DNA of 63,980 bases, counting the filler, from Octopus bimaculoides (Eukaryota), in assembly GCF_001194135.2 (NCBI RefSeq). It is 6 parts of 6 records of this genome, joined end to end, with 100 filler letters (N's around TTAATTAATTAA, not from the genome) between each part and the next. Parts side by side here need not be neighbours in the genome. Positions count along the whole stretch, not along the records: positions 36,613 to 49,515 come from NC_068992.1; positions 49,616 to 61,109 come from NC_068985.1; 4 more parts are not named here. One strand, given 5' to 3'. The notes under the pieces are model-generated. The model worked only from the letters and a program-made list of their open reading frames with translations. It had not been told where the DNA came from and did no database searches. The translations under genes and the position numbers were made by a program. Position 1 is the first letter of the stretch. Each line of letters starts with the position of its first letter. Shown here piece by piece: positions 40,321 through 51,887 of this stretch.

Positions 40321-43300
40321 GTCATAATTCATGCACACTTGCAGATGCATACGCGTGTAGTAATCACGAATACTTACGCGCACCCCCCCCCCACACACAC
40401 ATAAACGCACGCATATACACACTCACATGCTCTAACTCGTAAACATACACACACACACACAATGACATACAAATACATTAAAACCGGTTGCCATTGTCCT
40501 TCTCTTCCTCTTCCCCTCTCTTCCTCAATGTTTCTATCTTTCTTTTATCCTTTGCACTCACTGGACAGCATACGCATACATTTACACACACACACATATA
40601 CATGTAGAAACGCACATACATGTACAAACACATATATATGTACACACATATTCACACACACACTTGCACACTCACAGCCAAGGAATAACTTTCTCTCTGA
40701 TTGCCTATCTCTCACTCTCTGTATCCACTCTGTTCTTTCTATTCTTATAACCAATTTGACGCTGTTATTGTCACTCCTTGTGTTGTTGTGTCTCCCAGTC
40801 TCTCTTTTTCTTTCTGTCTCTTTCCTTCAAACACATAAAAACAATCATATATTCTCTGTCTCTCTCTCCCTCCCTTTTTCTTCTAATTGCTGCATATTTT
40901 CATGGTAATATTCGTAATTCCATATGTCTTTTTCGCAAATGTTCATAGATATGTGTAGCTTCATTGAAGTTTACTAGACAGAAAATAGGAGAGTTTCCGA
41001 TATCATATCCTTCTATTTTGCGGCTTTCAGGACTGAGAAACATTGTCAACAAACTTTAAAAGTCTCTGAAGCCAATATGTCTACATATAAAATATACGGG
41101 TTCAGCTCTCTACTGCATACAGATCGGATGTTTAACTGAATGCGAACACGTTTACCGTTTAGAGGTTCGATTCGTACAAAGATATGTTGAGCTCCCTCAC
41201 AGAGGGTCCGCTTCTGCTTTTGCTGGTTATTCGTCAATGATCCACACTTTCTAATAAAGGCACAAGGCCAGCAATTTCAGAGGCGGAATTAAGTCGATTA
41301 CTTTGAAGTCAGTGTTCAACTATTGTCTATTTAACGAGTCCGAAAGGATAAAAATTGAAGTCACCCAAGTCGGAATTTGAACTCAGAACGTAAAGCCGGA
41401 AAAATGCAACGTAACATGTGGTCCGTCAAATAATCTGCCAGTTCACCCCGTTACATTTGTACATAGATAACATACTACACATTTCCGAATTCTATTTTAG
41501 CATGTCTTTGAAATGCATTGTTCTTGTGCGCACTTTTTCCTATTCGGTAGCTAAGAAAACATACCTGGTTATTTGGAAAGTAAACTATGCTTACTACTAA
41601 GCCATGTTAATGATATATTCGCGCTAATTGTTAGTCAGTTCTAGAGTGTCTGAAAAGTTGATTTCTTTCTGTCGTTCGCCTGAGTGATTTGGTTCGTAAG
41701 TCTTTGTGTAATATTGACAAGAAGCCCAATGTCTCCAGACAAGCTTTAGATATTTCCTGACTTGAGAATACATCTTGTATCTTTAAATTTATCACAACGT
41801 TCCAGCTTGCTGGATGATAGTTTCTGATGTACCTCGGCTGTAGTCGCTTTGGTTCTGCTACACAAGCTGAGGTCCCAATGCGAGTTTTCCATTGTCGTCG
41901 TATCTACCACGATTCTCACTTGGAGTAAGATCAATTCATAAATAATGTTAGTTGTATGAGAGGGTTTTCCGTTCAGAAATCGTTCGTTACTGCCATGGCC
42001 TAAATTAGATGCTTATTTATGTGATCACGGTTTCATGAAATAACATAGGCACTAATTTTTTCACGAACACTACTAGCAACACATACGTCTGTTATTTTTT
42101 GTGAGAATTGTGCACTGGAGTTACGATCCTCATATAGAGTAATGAGTAAGCACGTTTTGATTAAGGCGATCTTAGCCTTCTTTCCAAACTTGTCATTCTA
42201 AACAGGAAAGATCGATAAGGAAGATGAATTTGGCATGTTAAGCTGCAACCACATTTAGTATGGAATTCATTAATTTTGTCCATGTCGAGTGTACGTTTGT
42301 ATGCACAAAAAGATGTTTGTTACATAAGCTTAAAGCAAAATACACTTAATACTTTACTGGTGCTAGGAGATACAAAATGTACGTTATCGATTAGATCACA
42401 ATGGACTGCAAAGTCTATTCAAGAAATGCGTGCACGCTGTTATTTTCCCTCAGATGTCCCTCATCGGTTGTTCGTATCACACTAAGGGCTATATTATTGA
42501 TAACAAAGCACGTCAATTCTGCAGAGAAGAGGCATGCTGCATTATTTCCTGACGTTTGGTGCAATGAAACAGTCTTCGACATTTTACGAAGAGTTCAAAA
42601 TTTCAAAAACAACAATATGATGCAATATTTCAAGTTTTGCACTTCTTTCAGTTCGTAGACGTTGTCGGGTAAAACTAGAAGTTTCATGTATTTCATATTT
42701 CTAATTGAATCGTGAAATGATGTTTGCAACAGTAAAATATTTGGACAATAATATTTTACGATGCAAAAATTATATGATGAAGGTATAGTTTATTCATATT
42801 TCATCTTTCGTCTGTTTCAGTCATTGGATCTGTGGCCATGTTGGACCAACGCCTTCAAAGGTTGCATAGAACAAATCGATTTCAGTACTATGTTTATTTT
42901 TTTTAATTGTTTGTTTGGGTACGTTCAGCACTTGTATCGATTATTCTTATCTGTGTTTTTCGCGCGCACGCACGCGTACACAAACACAGGCGTACGTATG
43001 TATATATATATATATATATCTGTATATGTATATATATATATATNNNNNNNNNNNNNNNNNNNNNNNNNNNNNNNNNNNNNNNNNNNNNNNNNNNNNNNNN
43101 NNNNNNNNNNNNNNNNNNNNNNNNNNNNNNNNNNNNNNNNNNNNNNNNNNNNNNNNNNNNNNNNNNNNNNNNNNNNNNNNNNNNNNNNNNNNNNNNNNNN
43201 NNNNNNNNNNNNNNNNNNNNNNNNNNNNNNNNNNNNNNNNNNNNNNNNNNNNNNNNNNNNNNNNNNNNNNNNNNNNNNNNNNNNNNNNNNNNNNNNNNNN

Positions 43301-43599
43301 NNNNNNNNNNNNNNNNNNNNNNNNNNNNNNNNNNNNNNNNNNNNNNNNNNNNNNNNNNNNNNNNNNNNNNNNNNNNNNNNNNNNNNNNNNNNNNNNNNNN
43401 NNNNNNNNNNNNNNNNNNNNNNNNNNNNNNNNNNNNNNNNNNNNNNNNNNNNNNNNNNNNNNNNNNNNNNNNNNNNNNNNNNNNNNNNNNNNNNNNNNNN
43501 NNNNNNNNNNNNNNNNNNNNNNNNNNNNNNNNNNNNNNNNNNNNNNNNNNNNNNNNNNNNNNNNNNNNNNNNNNNNNNNNNNNNNNNNNNNNNNNNNNN

Positions 43600-44103
43600 T
43601 CAATCTAACCCACACCCCACACCCCACACTTCCTTTCTCCACTCTCGCCTCCCCACCGCCCAACACCATCACACCACACCACACAACACTACACCATACA
43701 CCACCATACCACACAACACATCACAACACACCACCATGCACACACCAGAACTGACCAATTCCCAGCCCTACACTTTCACACCTACATATACATACACGAA
43801 CACGTCAAGGTCACCAACCATCTTCCACACGTACATACAAACTCTGTTATATACACGCACGTAACCTTCATTTTGGGGTCACCACTACTTTATTATCTTC
43901 CCATCTCCCTAGCTCTCCTGCGTGACCCTTCTGTCTGGCATTCGCCATTGTAGATCGCTAGCCACTACACAGTCTTTATTTTCTCTCCTTGCTTCTTTCT
44001 GTGTTCCTTTCTGTGGAAGAGTGTAGGCTCGAAACGTTAAACACTTTTTCACTTCCCGAGAGTTATACTAATACATCTGTTTGTGTCTACTCTACCTGTC
44101 TTC
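43600..44103 (+). mobile_element. Probable Penelope-like element terminal (pLTR/3') region
   Basis: Contains ctgtggaagagtgtaggctcgaaacgtt, a hammerhead-like motif of the kind found at PLE ends. Flanked by N gaps, so no ORF confirms it. Confidence 0.45.
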
Positions 44104-45267
44104 NNNNNNNNNNNNNNNNNNNNNNNNNNNNNNNNNNNNNNNNNNNNNNNNNNNNNNNNNNNNNNNNNNNNNNNNNNNNNNNNNNNNNNNNNNNNNNNNN
44201 NNNNNNNNNNNNNNNNNNNNNNNNNNNNNNNNNNNNNNNNNNNNNNNNNNNNNNNNNNNNNNNNNNNNNNNNNNNNNNNNNNNNNNNNNNNNNNNNNNNN
44301 NNNNNNNNNNNNNNNNNNNNNNNNNNNNNNNNNNNNNNNNNNNNNNNNNNNNNNNNNNNNNNNNNNNNNNNNNNNNNNNNNNNNNNNNNNNNNNNNNNNN
44401 NNNNNNNNNNNNNNNNNNNNNNNNNNNNNNNNNNNNNNNNNNNNNNNNNNNNNNNNNNNNNNNNNNNNNNNNNNNNNNNNNNNNNNNNNNNNNNNNNNNN
44501 NNNNNNNNNNNNNNNNNNNNNNNNNNNNNNNNNNNNNNNNNNNNNNNNNNNNNNNNNNNNNNNNNNNNNNNNNNNNNNNNNNNNNNNNNNNNNNNNNNNN
44601 NNNNNNNNNNNNNNNNNNNNNNNNNNNNNNNNNNNNNNNNNNNNNNNNNNNNNNNNNNNNNTTCCACCTTCCCTCTGCCTTAGCCTCTCTCAAGTCTCTG
44701 GTCAAACCAAACCTATAGCAAAAGGCACTTGAGCAAATTGCAGCGCAGTAGAAATGACCTCAGAACATGTGGTTGGGAAGCAAGCTCCTTATAACGCTGC
44801 TAGGCTTCTTAATTGATATTATAGATATTGTTCTTTAATGTAAATACACCATAAACATATCTTAAGCTACAACTTACAGATACTGATGCAAATAATCGAG
44901 CTTAAGAAGTGAAATTAGATAGTTTATCATTTCATGATTTGGCAATACTCTTCCCTCACCCAGAAAAAGAATAATGTTTTATTGTTATTATCGTTTTTTT
45001 TTTGTTAACTAATATTTCCTTTTTTGTCTTATATTTGTTACTATCTGATTAATTTCCTTCCAGGTAACATACTTTCCGACAGTGCCCCGCGGCTCTTTCA
45101 CCACTTTCCTTTTGTCGCAGTCGTTCATTTTAAAGTAGGGTGGCCGTGATCATAACCGTTGATACATTCGTTCTGTTGAGGTGAGGACTCATGTGTTCAA
45201 GCGTGTTTCGATGTTTCAGTTTTTATATTCAGCTAAGTTATATATGGTTTTATAACTATCGTTATTA

Positions 45268-45307
<40 letters not shown>

Positions 45308-45542
45308 TTTTACGTGTTTCAGTCATTTGACTGCGTCCATACTAGATCACCGCCTCAGGATTTAGTCTTTGTAAGTCCACTACTTTATTATATCGTTCTC
45401 TTTTGTCAAACCGCTAAGTTACGGGGTGGGGGTAAACACACCAGCACCGGTTGTCAACCGATGTTGGGGGACAAATACATACAAACAAACATATACACAT
45501 ACAAACACACACACACACATATATATATGTATATGTATATAG

Positions 45543-45575
<33 letters not shown>

Positions 45576-47479
45576 NNNNNNNNNNNNNNNNNNNNNNNNN
45601 NNNNNNNNNNNNNNNNNNNNNNNNNNNNNNNNNNNNNNNNNNNNNNNNNNNNNNNNNNNNNNNNNNNNNNNNNNNNNNNNNNNNNNNNNNNNNNNNNNNN
45701 NNNNNNNNNNNNNNNNNNNNNNNNNNNNNNNNNNNNNNNNNNNNNNNNNNNNNNNNNNNNNNNNNNNNNNNNNNNNNNNNNNNNNNNNNNNNNNNNNNNN
45801 NNNNNNNNNNNNNNNNNNNNNNNNNNNNNNNNNNNNNNNNNNNNNNNNNNNNNNNNNNNNNNNNNNNNNNNNNNNNNNNNNNNNNNNNNNNNNNNNNNNN
45901 NNNNNNNNNNNNNNNNNNNNNNNNNNNNNNNNNNNNNNNNNNNNNNNNNNNNNNNNNNNNNNNNNNNNNNNNNNNNNNNNNNNNNNNNNNNNNNNNNNNN
46001 NNNNNNNNNNNNNNNNNNNNNNNNNNNNNNNNNNNNNNNNNNNNNNNNACACACACACACACACGCACACACACATATTATACTCCTGAATTCTCCTCAT
46101 AGGTATTGTTAAAACTGCATTTTATCACTGTTGTCATGTTCCTTAAAATTGTTCTCACTTGAGACTAAATTACGACATTGGTAGGAGGATGGCGATTTCC
46201 CTGTTTACCCGTGTACATCCATATTATATTCTGCTTCACACTCTTCGTTGTGAATGCAACAATATTTTTTAAAATTTTCACTTTTATTTCATTTGCTTAA
46301 TTGATAATTTAATTATTTTAGATATCATAACTATTACTAGATATAGATATAATAATTTTATTCACTTTTCTGTTGGGAGTAAGTAAAATTTTATCAAAGA
46401 AATTATTTATGGTGGTTATTAAGTTTCTGTGTTGAGAAAATTTTGATTAGTGCTTGCTGTTGAGGAATAACTAATATGAGCCATACGTATGTATGTATGT
46501 ATGTATGTATTGTGTATGTATGTATGCATGTATGTATGTATGTATATCTGTATGTATGTATGAATGTATGAGTGTGGAGATGTGTGTGTGAGTTCATATA
46601 TATTTACGCACTCACGCGTGCACACACTCGCAGGCACACACGGACATACAGACACGCACACACACACACACACACACACATATTATTTGGCTCAAATTTC
46701 ACTGACTTTTACCCTTAGGTACAGAGGATCAACAAAAACGTACTCCATCCTGTGAGAGATAAATTTCTAACGTGCACAGCATAAAGATACGCGCTAATAA
46801 CAGTTCCTTGCTTTTAACACACGTGACTAAGCAATAAGCAAGTTGTTATAGCACGCCTTGTGTCCTCAAGCGTACAAGCTCTGAGCACATGGCTTCTTCT
46901 ATTTGCAAACCAGGACGGTGGTATGCGAGAAATCATGAGAAAGACGTGAAGATTGTTTATGTAAAATGTGGAAAGGTGAATAAAAGCAGAAAGAAAATTA
47001 CAGTTATGTACCGTTTGGCCATAAAGAAACAATCAAGCTAGTTATAGAACTGATCAACGAAGAAGGGCTCGAAATCTACGCGACAGCTGCTTAATCTGGA
47101 GAGGTTATTGTATGTACTCCAGTTCACCAAAAGAAACCTGTCCATATGCCTGTATTTACTTAAAATTTCGTTTCTGGAATTTAGTAGTGCAGTGGAATAC
47201 TTTGATCGAAAATGAATGTACGATCTTTCAGCTACTTAAAAGTTGCATTTATTAGATTTATTAACATATAATACTTGAGTTCTCTACTATTTTCCTCTTT
47301 ATTCAATGTAACATACAGCAAGATTTCAAACTCCATACATGGCCAGCTAACTTAGTGGCTTTACTTTTGTCGATATATTGGTAAGAAGTTAGGTAGTTTG
47401 TGCAAGGTCTTTTGAAATTGCCTTCTCATAACACGATGTGAGTTTTTTGTTCGGTCAAATAATCTTGAACGTTGCTGTG

Positions 47480-47960
47480 ACATCTAAGACGAAGATTTTA
47501 AACAGACGCTCAATTAAAATATACAACTGCTGCCGTGATAGGAAGGAAATTGTAACTCGTAGGCATCACCAAGACCAGTCCCATTTGCAACTCTGAAGAC
47601 CCTGAAGCTTGCACACTTGACCAGGCATGTATGATAAACTCCGTCCTATTTGAGGTAGAAGTCACGCCCATACTTGAAAATGACCAAAGCGAAAAGAAAA
47701 ATTGCATCAGGTTATACAAAGGCATTTTCAAAAGACCTTATGGAAACCACCTATATTCTTTCTGGCATATCTACGACATGAAAACCACTAAGTTGGCTAG
47801 CCATGTATGGGGGTTTAAAATTAACTGTAAGCTACATGCATTCAAGTGGAATTTGTAGAGAAATCAATGCCATGTGTCAATGGATCTAAGAAATGCAAAT
47901 TCTGCATAGCTGAAAGATCGAACGTTCTTTTTAATATAAGGAGGAAAATAATTTGTTAAT
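47480..47960 (+). pseudogene. Penelope-like element C-terminus (GIY-YIG endonuclease remnant)
   Basis: KIFNRRSIKIYNC, CNSEDPEACTLDQACMINSVLFE, FKRPYGNHLYSF, TTKLASHVW, FKW and GSKKCKFC, collinear with the PLE CxC..CP..C / FK.RY.NH..SF / KW..GSK.C.LC motifs. Confidence 0.8.
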
Positions 47961-48336
47961 TGGAGGACAGCACACTGTCGGGATGGATTAATCAATTGTC
48001 TCGCTGACTTCAGGGCCCTCTCCGTTGAATATTCTATATCTACTAGTATAATTAAGGGTTTACGCTCAAAAGAGTCATAACTCTCAATTTCTCCCTTTTC
48101 TTTTCTTTTTCCGTTTTTATTCATCGTTCAACCATTTCAACTAAAAAAAATGTTTGTTTGTTTGTTTTAGTCTCGTAGTTTATCTTTTATCAGTGTGCGG
48201 ATTTGCAAGCAGAATGCACCATCTGTATGGAGGTTACTAAGAGACACAGAGTAGGAACTATTATTAGCTCGAATACCTTAAATGATACTACTATGCATAC
48301 ACATACACATACACACACACCTACATTCATACAAAC

Positions 48337-48403
<67 letters not shown>

Positions 48404-48518
48404 NNNNNNNNNNNNNNNNNAAGACAGAAGACATCCCCTCTTGCTAGATAACAAGCAGAGCTGCATCCGATAAATTACGAGTAGGGGAGCTAACCTTTAT
48501 CACTTTCTAGCGACGTGA

Positions 48519-48569
48519 CTAGCAGACCAGTGCTGGTTTGGGGCTAGTTCTCCCACTCTTCAGTACTAA
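48519..48569 (-). ncRNA. Type-I hammerhead ribozyme motif HH1 (G12C variant)
   Basis: Minus strand: ttagta-CTGAAGA-gtgggagaactagccc-CAAA-ccag-ca-ctg-GTC/tgctag. Stem I 6 bp with wobbles; stem III accag/ctggt. Confidence 0.65.
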
Positions 48570-48871
48570 AATCTTGTCTGCCTGGGATGGCAGTATCTCG
48601 CTTGCAATGTATGTATTTCAAGCAGAAACACACTCGCTGATTTTGCAACGAGCAAGAATGCTAGTTCTGGAATCTCATCAAGAGATCAAAGCAGTAGATT
48701 ACTAATTAGTAATATTTGTATCCACTTCAACATGCCTAACCATTTTTACGGACTCTACCGCGATGTTTTAAACTCAAGAGAACACCTCCTCTAGCTTGTT
48801 AACGATGCTTTGCTACATCTGATGAATTGCGAGCAAGAGAGCGAACGCCATCTACATCCTAGTGACAGGAT

Positions 48872-48921
48872 CAGCAGACCAGTCCTGGCTTCGAGCTATT
48901 TCTCCCACTCTTCAATACTGG
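48872..48921 (-). ncRNA. Type-I hammerhead ribozyme motif HH2 (C3U, A15.1G variant)
   Basis: Minus strand: ccagta-TTGAAGA-gtgggagaaatagctc-GAAG-ccag-ga-ctg-GTC/tgctg; homologous to HH1. Confidence 0.6.
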
Positions 48922-48941
48922 ACAGCAAGCAGACGAGTCTT

Positions 48942-48992
48942 CCAGTACTAAAGAGGGGAATATATAGCCCGAAACCAGGATTGGTCTCTTGC
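48942..48992 (+). ncRNA. Type-I hammerhead ribozyme motif HH3 (G5A variant)
   Basis: Plus strand: ccagta-CTAAAGA-gggg-aatatatag-ccc-GAAA-ccag-ga-ttg-GTC/; homologous to HH1 and HH2. Confidence 0.65.
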
Positions 48993-49308
48993 TCTCGTCG
49001 CTAGAAGCTAAGAGGTTTTCGCTCCCTTGCTTGCGATTTGTCGGATACTGCTCTGCATAGTTAACCAGCTAGAGGAAATGTCCTCTTAGGGTTCACAAAT
49101 CGAAGTAAAGTCCGTTGCAACAGACAGTCATGTTGAAGTGGAAACGAATATTACATGTTAGTTCAACAACTGCGTTAATTTTAAAGAAAAGATTTAGAAC
49201 TAGCATTTTTGAAGGACACGCATGCGTAGACACATACAATAGGAATACAAAATACAAAATGGCTGATAGTTAGCAAGGTGAAACACACATAAGAAAGAAG
49301 GAAACAAA

Positions 49309-49353
49309 GGACCACTGATGAGGTCACAGAAGTGTGACGAAAGAACTCTGGCC
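49309..49353 (+). ncRNA. Minimal type-I hammerhead ribozyme motif HH4
   Basis: ggacca-CTGATGA-g-gtcaca-gaag-tgtgac-GAAA-g-aa-CTC/tggcc. Intact core, 6-bp stem II, weak stems I and III. Confidence 0.6.
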
Positions 49354-49515
49354 GAAATAAGATTAAGATTAATGTAATATAAAGCTGAAGCAAATTAACA
49401 CCAAATATACAGTGCGTGTGTTTTTATTGACTAAACTGGCAATATGACCATCCCCAAGTACAACAACATCTGTTTCAACACACGATTTCACATCAAAAAT
49501 CTTGCAAAACAAATA

Positions 49516-49615
49516 NNNNNNNNNNNNNNNNNNNNNNNNNNNNNNNNNNNNNNNNNNNNTTAATTAATTAANNNNNNNNNNNNNNNNNNNNNNNNNNNNN
49601 NNNNNNNNNNNNNNN
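49516..49615. other. Artificial scaffold-joining spacer
   Basis: N44-TTAATTAATTAA (49560-49571)-N44. Confidence 0.95.
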
Positions 49616-49731
49616 ATATATATATATATGTATATACATATATGCATATATATATGCCTATATACATATATATATATGCGTGTATATGTATCTATCTATT
49701 TTCATACACACATATATGCATATAGAATCTC

Positions 49732-49811
49732 CGGTAGTTGGATAACTGAAGAGATGACCGTACGGAACACCGCCCGGGCATCGGAAACTCGGAGTTTTAT
49801 CATGGCTACTG
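49732..49811 (+). ncRNA. Type-I hammerhead ribozyme motif HH5
   Basis: Stem I gataa/ttatc extending to about 14 bp with wobbles and one bulge; CTGAAGA (49746-49752); stem II gatgaccg/cgggcatc; extra G; GAAA (49784-49787); stem III actc/gagt; GTT/ site at 49796. Confidence 0.65.
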
Positions 49812-50511
49812 AATAAGTGTCACATATTTTTACAGATACATTCCTCTATTTGCATAATATCGAGGTTTCTTTCTTTCTTTTTTTGCCACTCCTGCCAAAT
49901 ATATATATATATAAAGAAAGGAAGTTACACAGTGTCTTACCTATGTTTTGCGCAACAGGGCGAATTATGACAGAGGTATCCAATTATATTGGAGTAAAGA
50001 TTTATGTGTATTACATATAGACAATTATTCTCAGTACACTTATGAAAATGAATAGCAGGTGCTGGGGAACTGCTAAACATATTGACATGATGTTCTCTTT
50101 TCCATATCTGTATCAATATCTATAGCTATCTGCTTGTCTGTTTATCTGTGTCTGTTTGTCCATATGCCTATCTACCTATCTATCTAACTTTTATTTTTAT
50201 TTACTTTTTTATTCTACGTTCAGTTCATGCGTTGAAGAACACTACATGAACTCATATATTTTAGTTTCTGCTGCACAGAAACCAGCTGTGAATCAACCGT
50301 TCGGAGAAACGCTGTTTTCATTTGAAATTCCGGTAGCATTTCAGAAAAGTTTCGGCGAAATTTTAAAGCAATGCTAGCATCAAATAACTCATGATTACAT
50401 ACTGTTTGATACTGATGTCATTGTTACCTAAAACCCAGCAACCTATTAATGTAGTCTGTACAGTTGCCAACAGAAGAAAAATAGTATCCAGTATTCCTGT
50501 ACAGAGTAAAT

Positions 50512-50995
50512 GTTTATTTCATCATTGCCCACTGGGGGCTAAACATAGAGGGGACAAACAAGGACAGACAAAGGAATGAAGTCGATTACATCGACTCCAG
50601 TGCGCAACTGGTACTTATTGAATCTACCCGGAAAGGATGAAAGGGAAAGGCGACCTCGGCGGAATTTGAACTCAGAACGTAGCGACAGAAATACCGCTAA
50701 GCATTTTTGCCCGGCGTGCTAACGTTCTTGCTTTCTCGCTACCTTATACAGAGTAAATATTTATTTCTTTATTGCACACGCGGAGCTAAACATAGAGAGG
50801 ACAAAGAAGGTCATACAACGGAATTAAGTTGATTACATTGACCCCAGTGCGTAAATGGAGTTTATTTAATCGACCCCGAAATGATGAAAGGCAAAGTCGA
50901 CCTCGGTGAAATTTGAACTCAGGACGTAACAGCAAACGAAATACTGCTATGCATTTTGCCCGGAGTGCTAGCGTTTCTGCCAGCACGCCGCCTTA
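50512..50995 (-). mobile_element. Two head-to-tail Deu/Nin-like SINEs (50512-50746, 50759-50995)
   Basis: Three copies of tac(a/g)(g/a)agtaaat at 50500-50511, 50747-50758 and 50996-51007. Confidence 0.88.
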
Positions 50996-51809
50996 TACGA
51001 AGTAAATATTGCGATCTCCCAGATCATGCTGACAGATATTTCAAGTGATCGAAATCTCGTGATATACAGAGATAAATAAATTAAGTTTCGTTCTACCTGA
51101 ACTGAAATGAGTACATACGCTGTGAGCATTTTTGTAAATCGTTGACTGTAAATTGTGCATTTCTCGGGATACTAATAGGCTCAGTAAAGTCCATCCTATA
51201 ACTACTGTTCTGGAACAAAGAGTGAACCTGACTGCTAAGAATTACAATTTTCAGCCATAGGCAAGTACATTAGTACTAAGATGGACTGACTGAGAGATTC
51301 ATTCATTGAGTCGGATGAATTTCAGGAAACAAATAGTCAGGTAAATAGATTGTTATATTAAACAATAAGATAGACAGACAGTTAGTTGCAATCATGGATA
51401 GATAGCTATGCTGACTAAGGGAGCGGTAAGTGTGTTGATGGTATTTCGATCCATAGATCGATCGTCGATATATATACGGATAGATAAATATAGATAGATA
51501 GATAGATAGATAGATAGATGGATGGATGGATGGATGGATGGATAGATAGATAGATAGATAGATAGATACATACATACATACATACACACATACATACATA
51601 CATACATACATACATACATACATACATACATAGACCGAGTGATTGATTGGTCAACTGATTGATAGGCAGTTAAACAGAAAGTTACGTAGGTGGATTGATT
51701 GATAGATTAAATGATACACAAGTGACAACTAGATCTGTGTGTAGATAGTGATTTCGGTATAATGCATGTTTGCAAATGTATGTATCGATATACGTATGTA
51801 CACACACAC

Positions 51810-51887
<78 letters not shown>

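Noticed and set aside
41580-41940. Long open minus-strand frames (possible transposase or exon)
   Set aside because: No recognisable motif or convincing splice pair.
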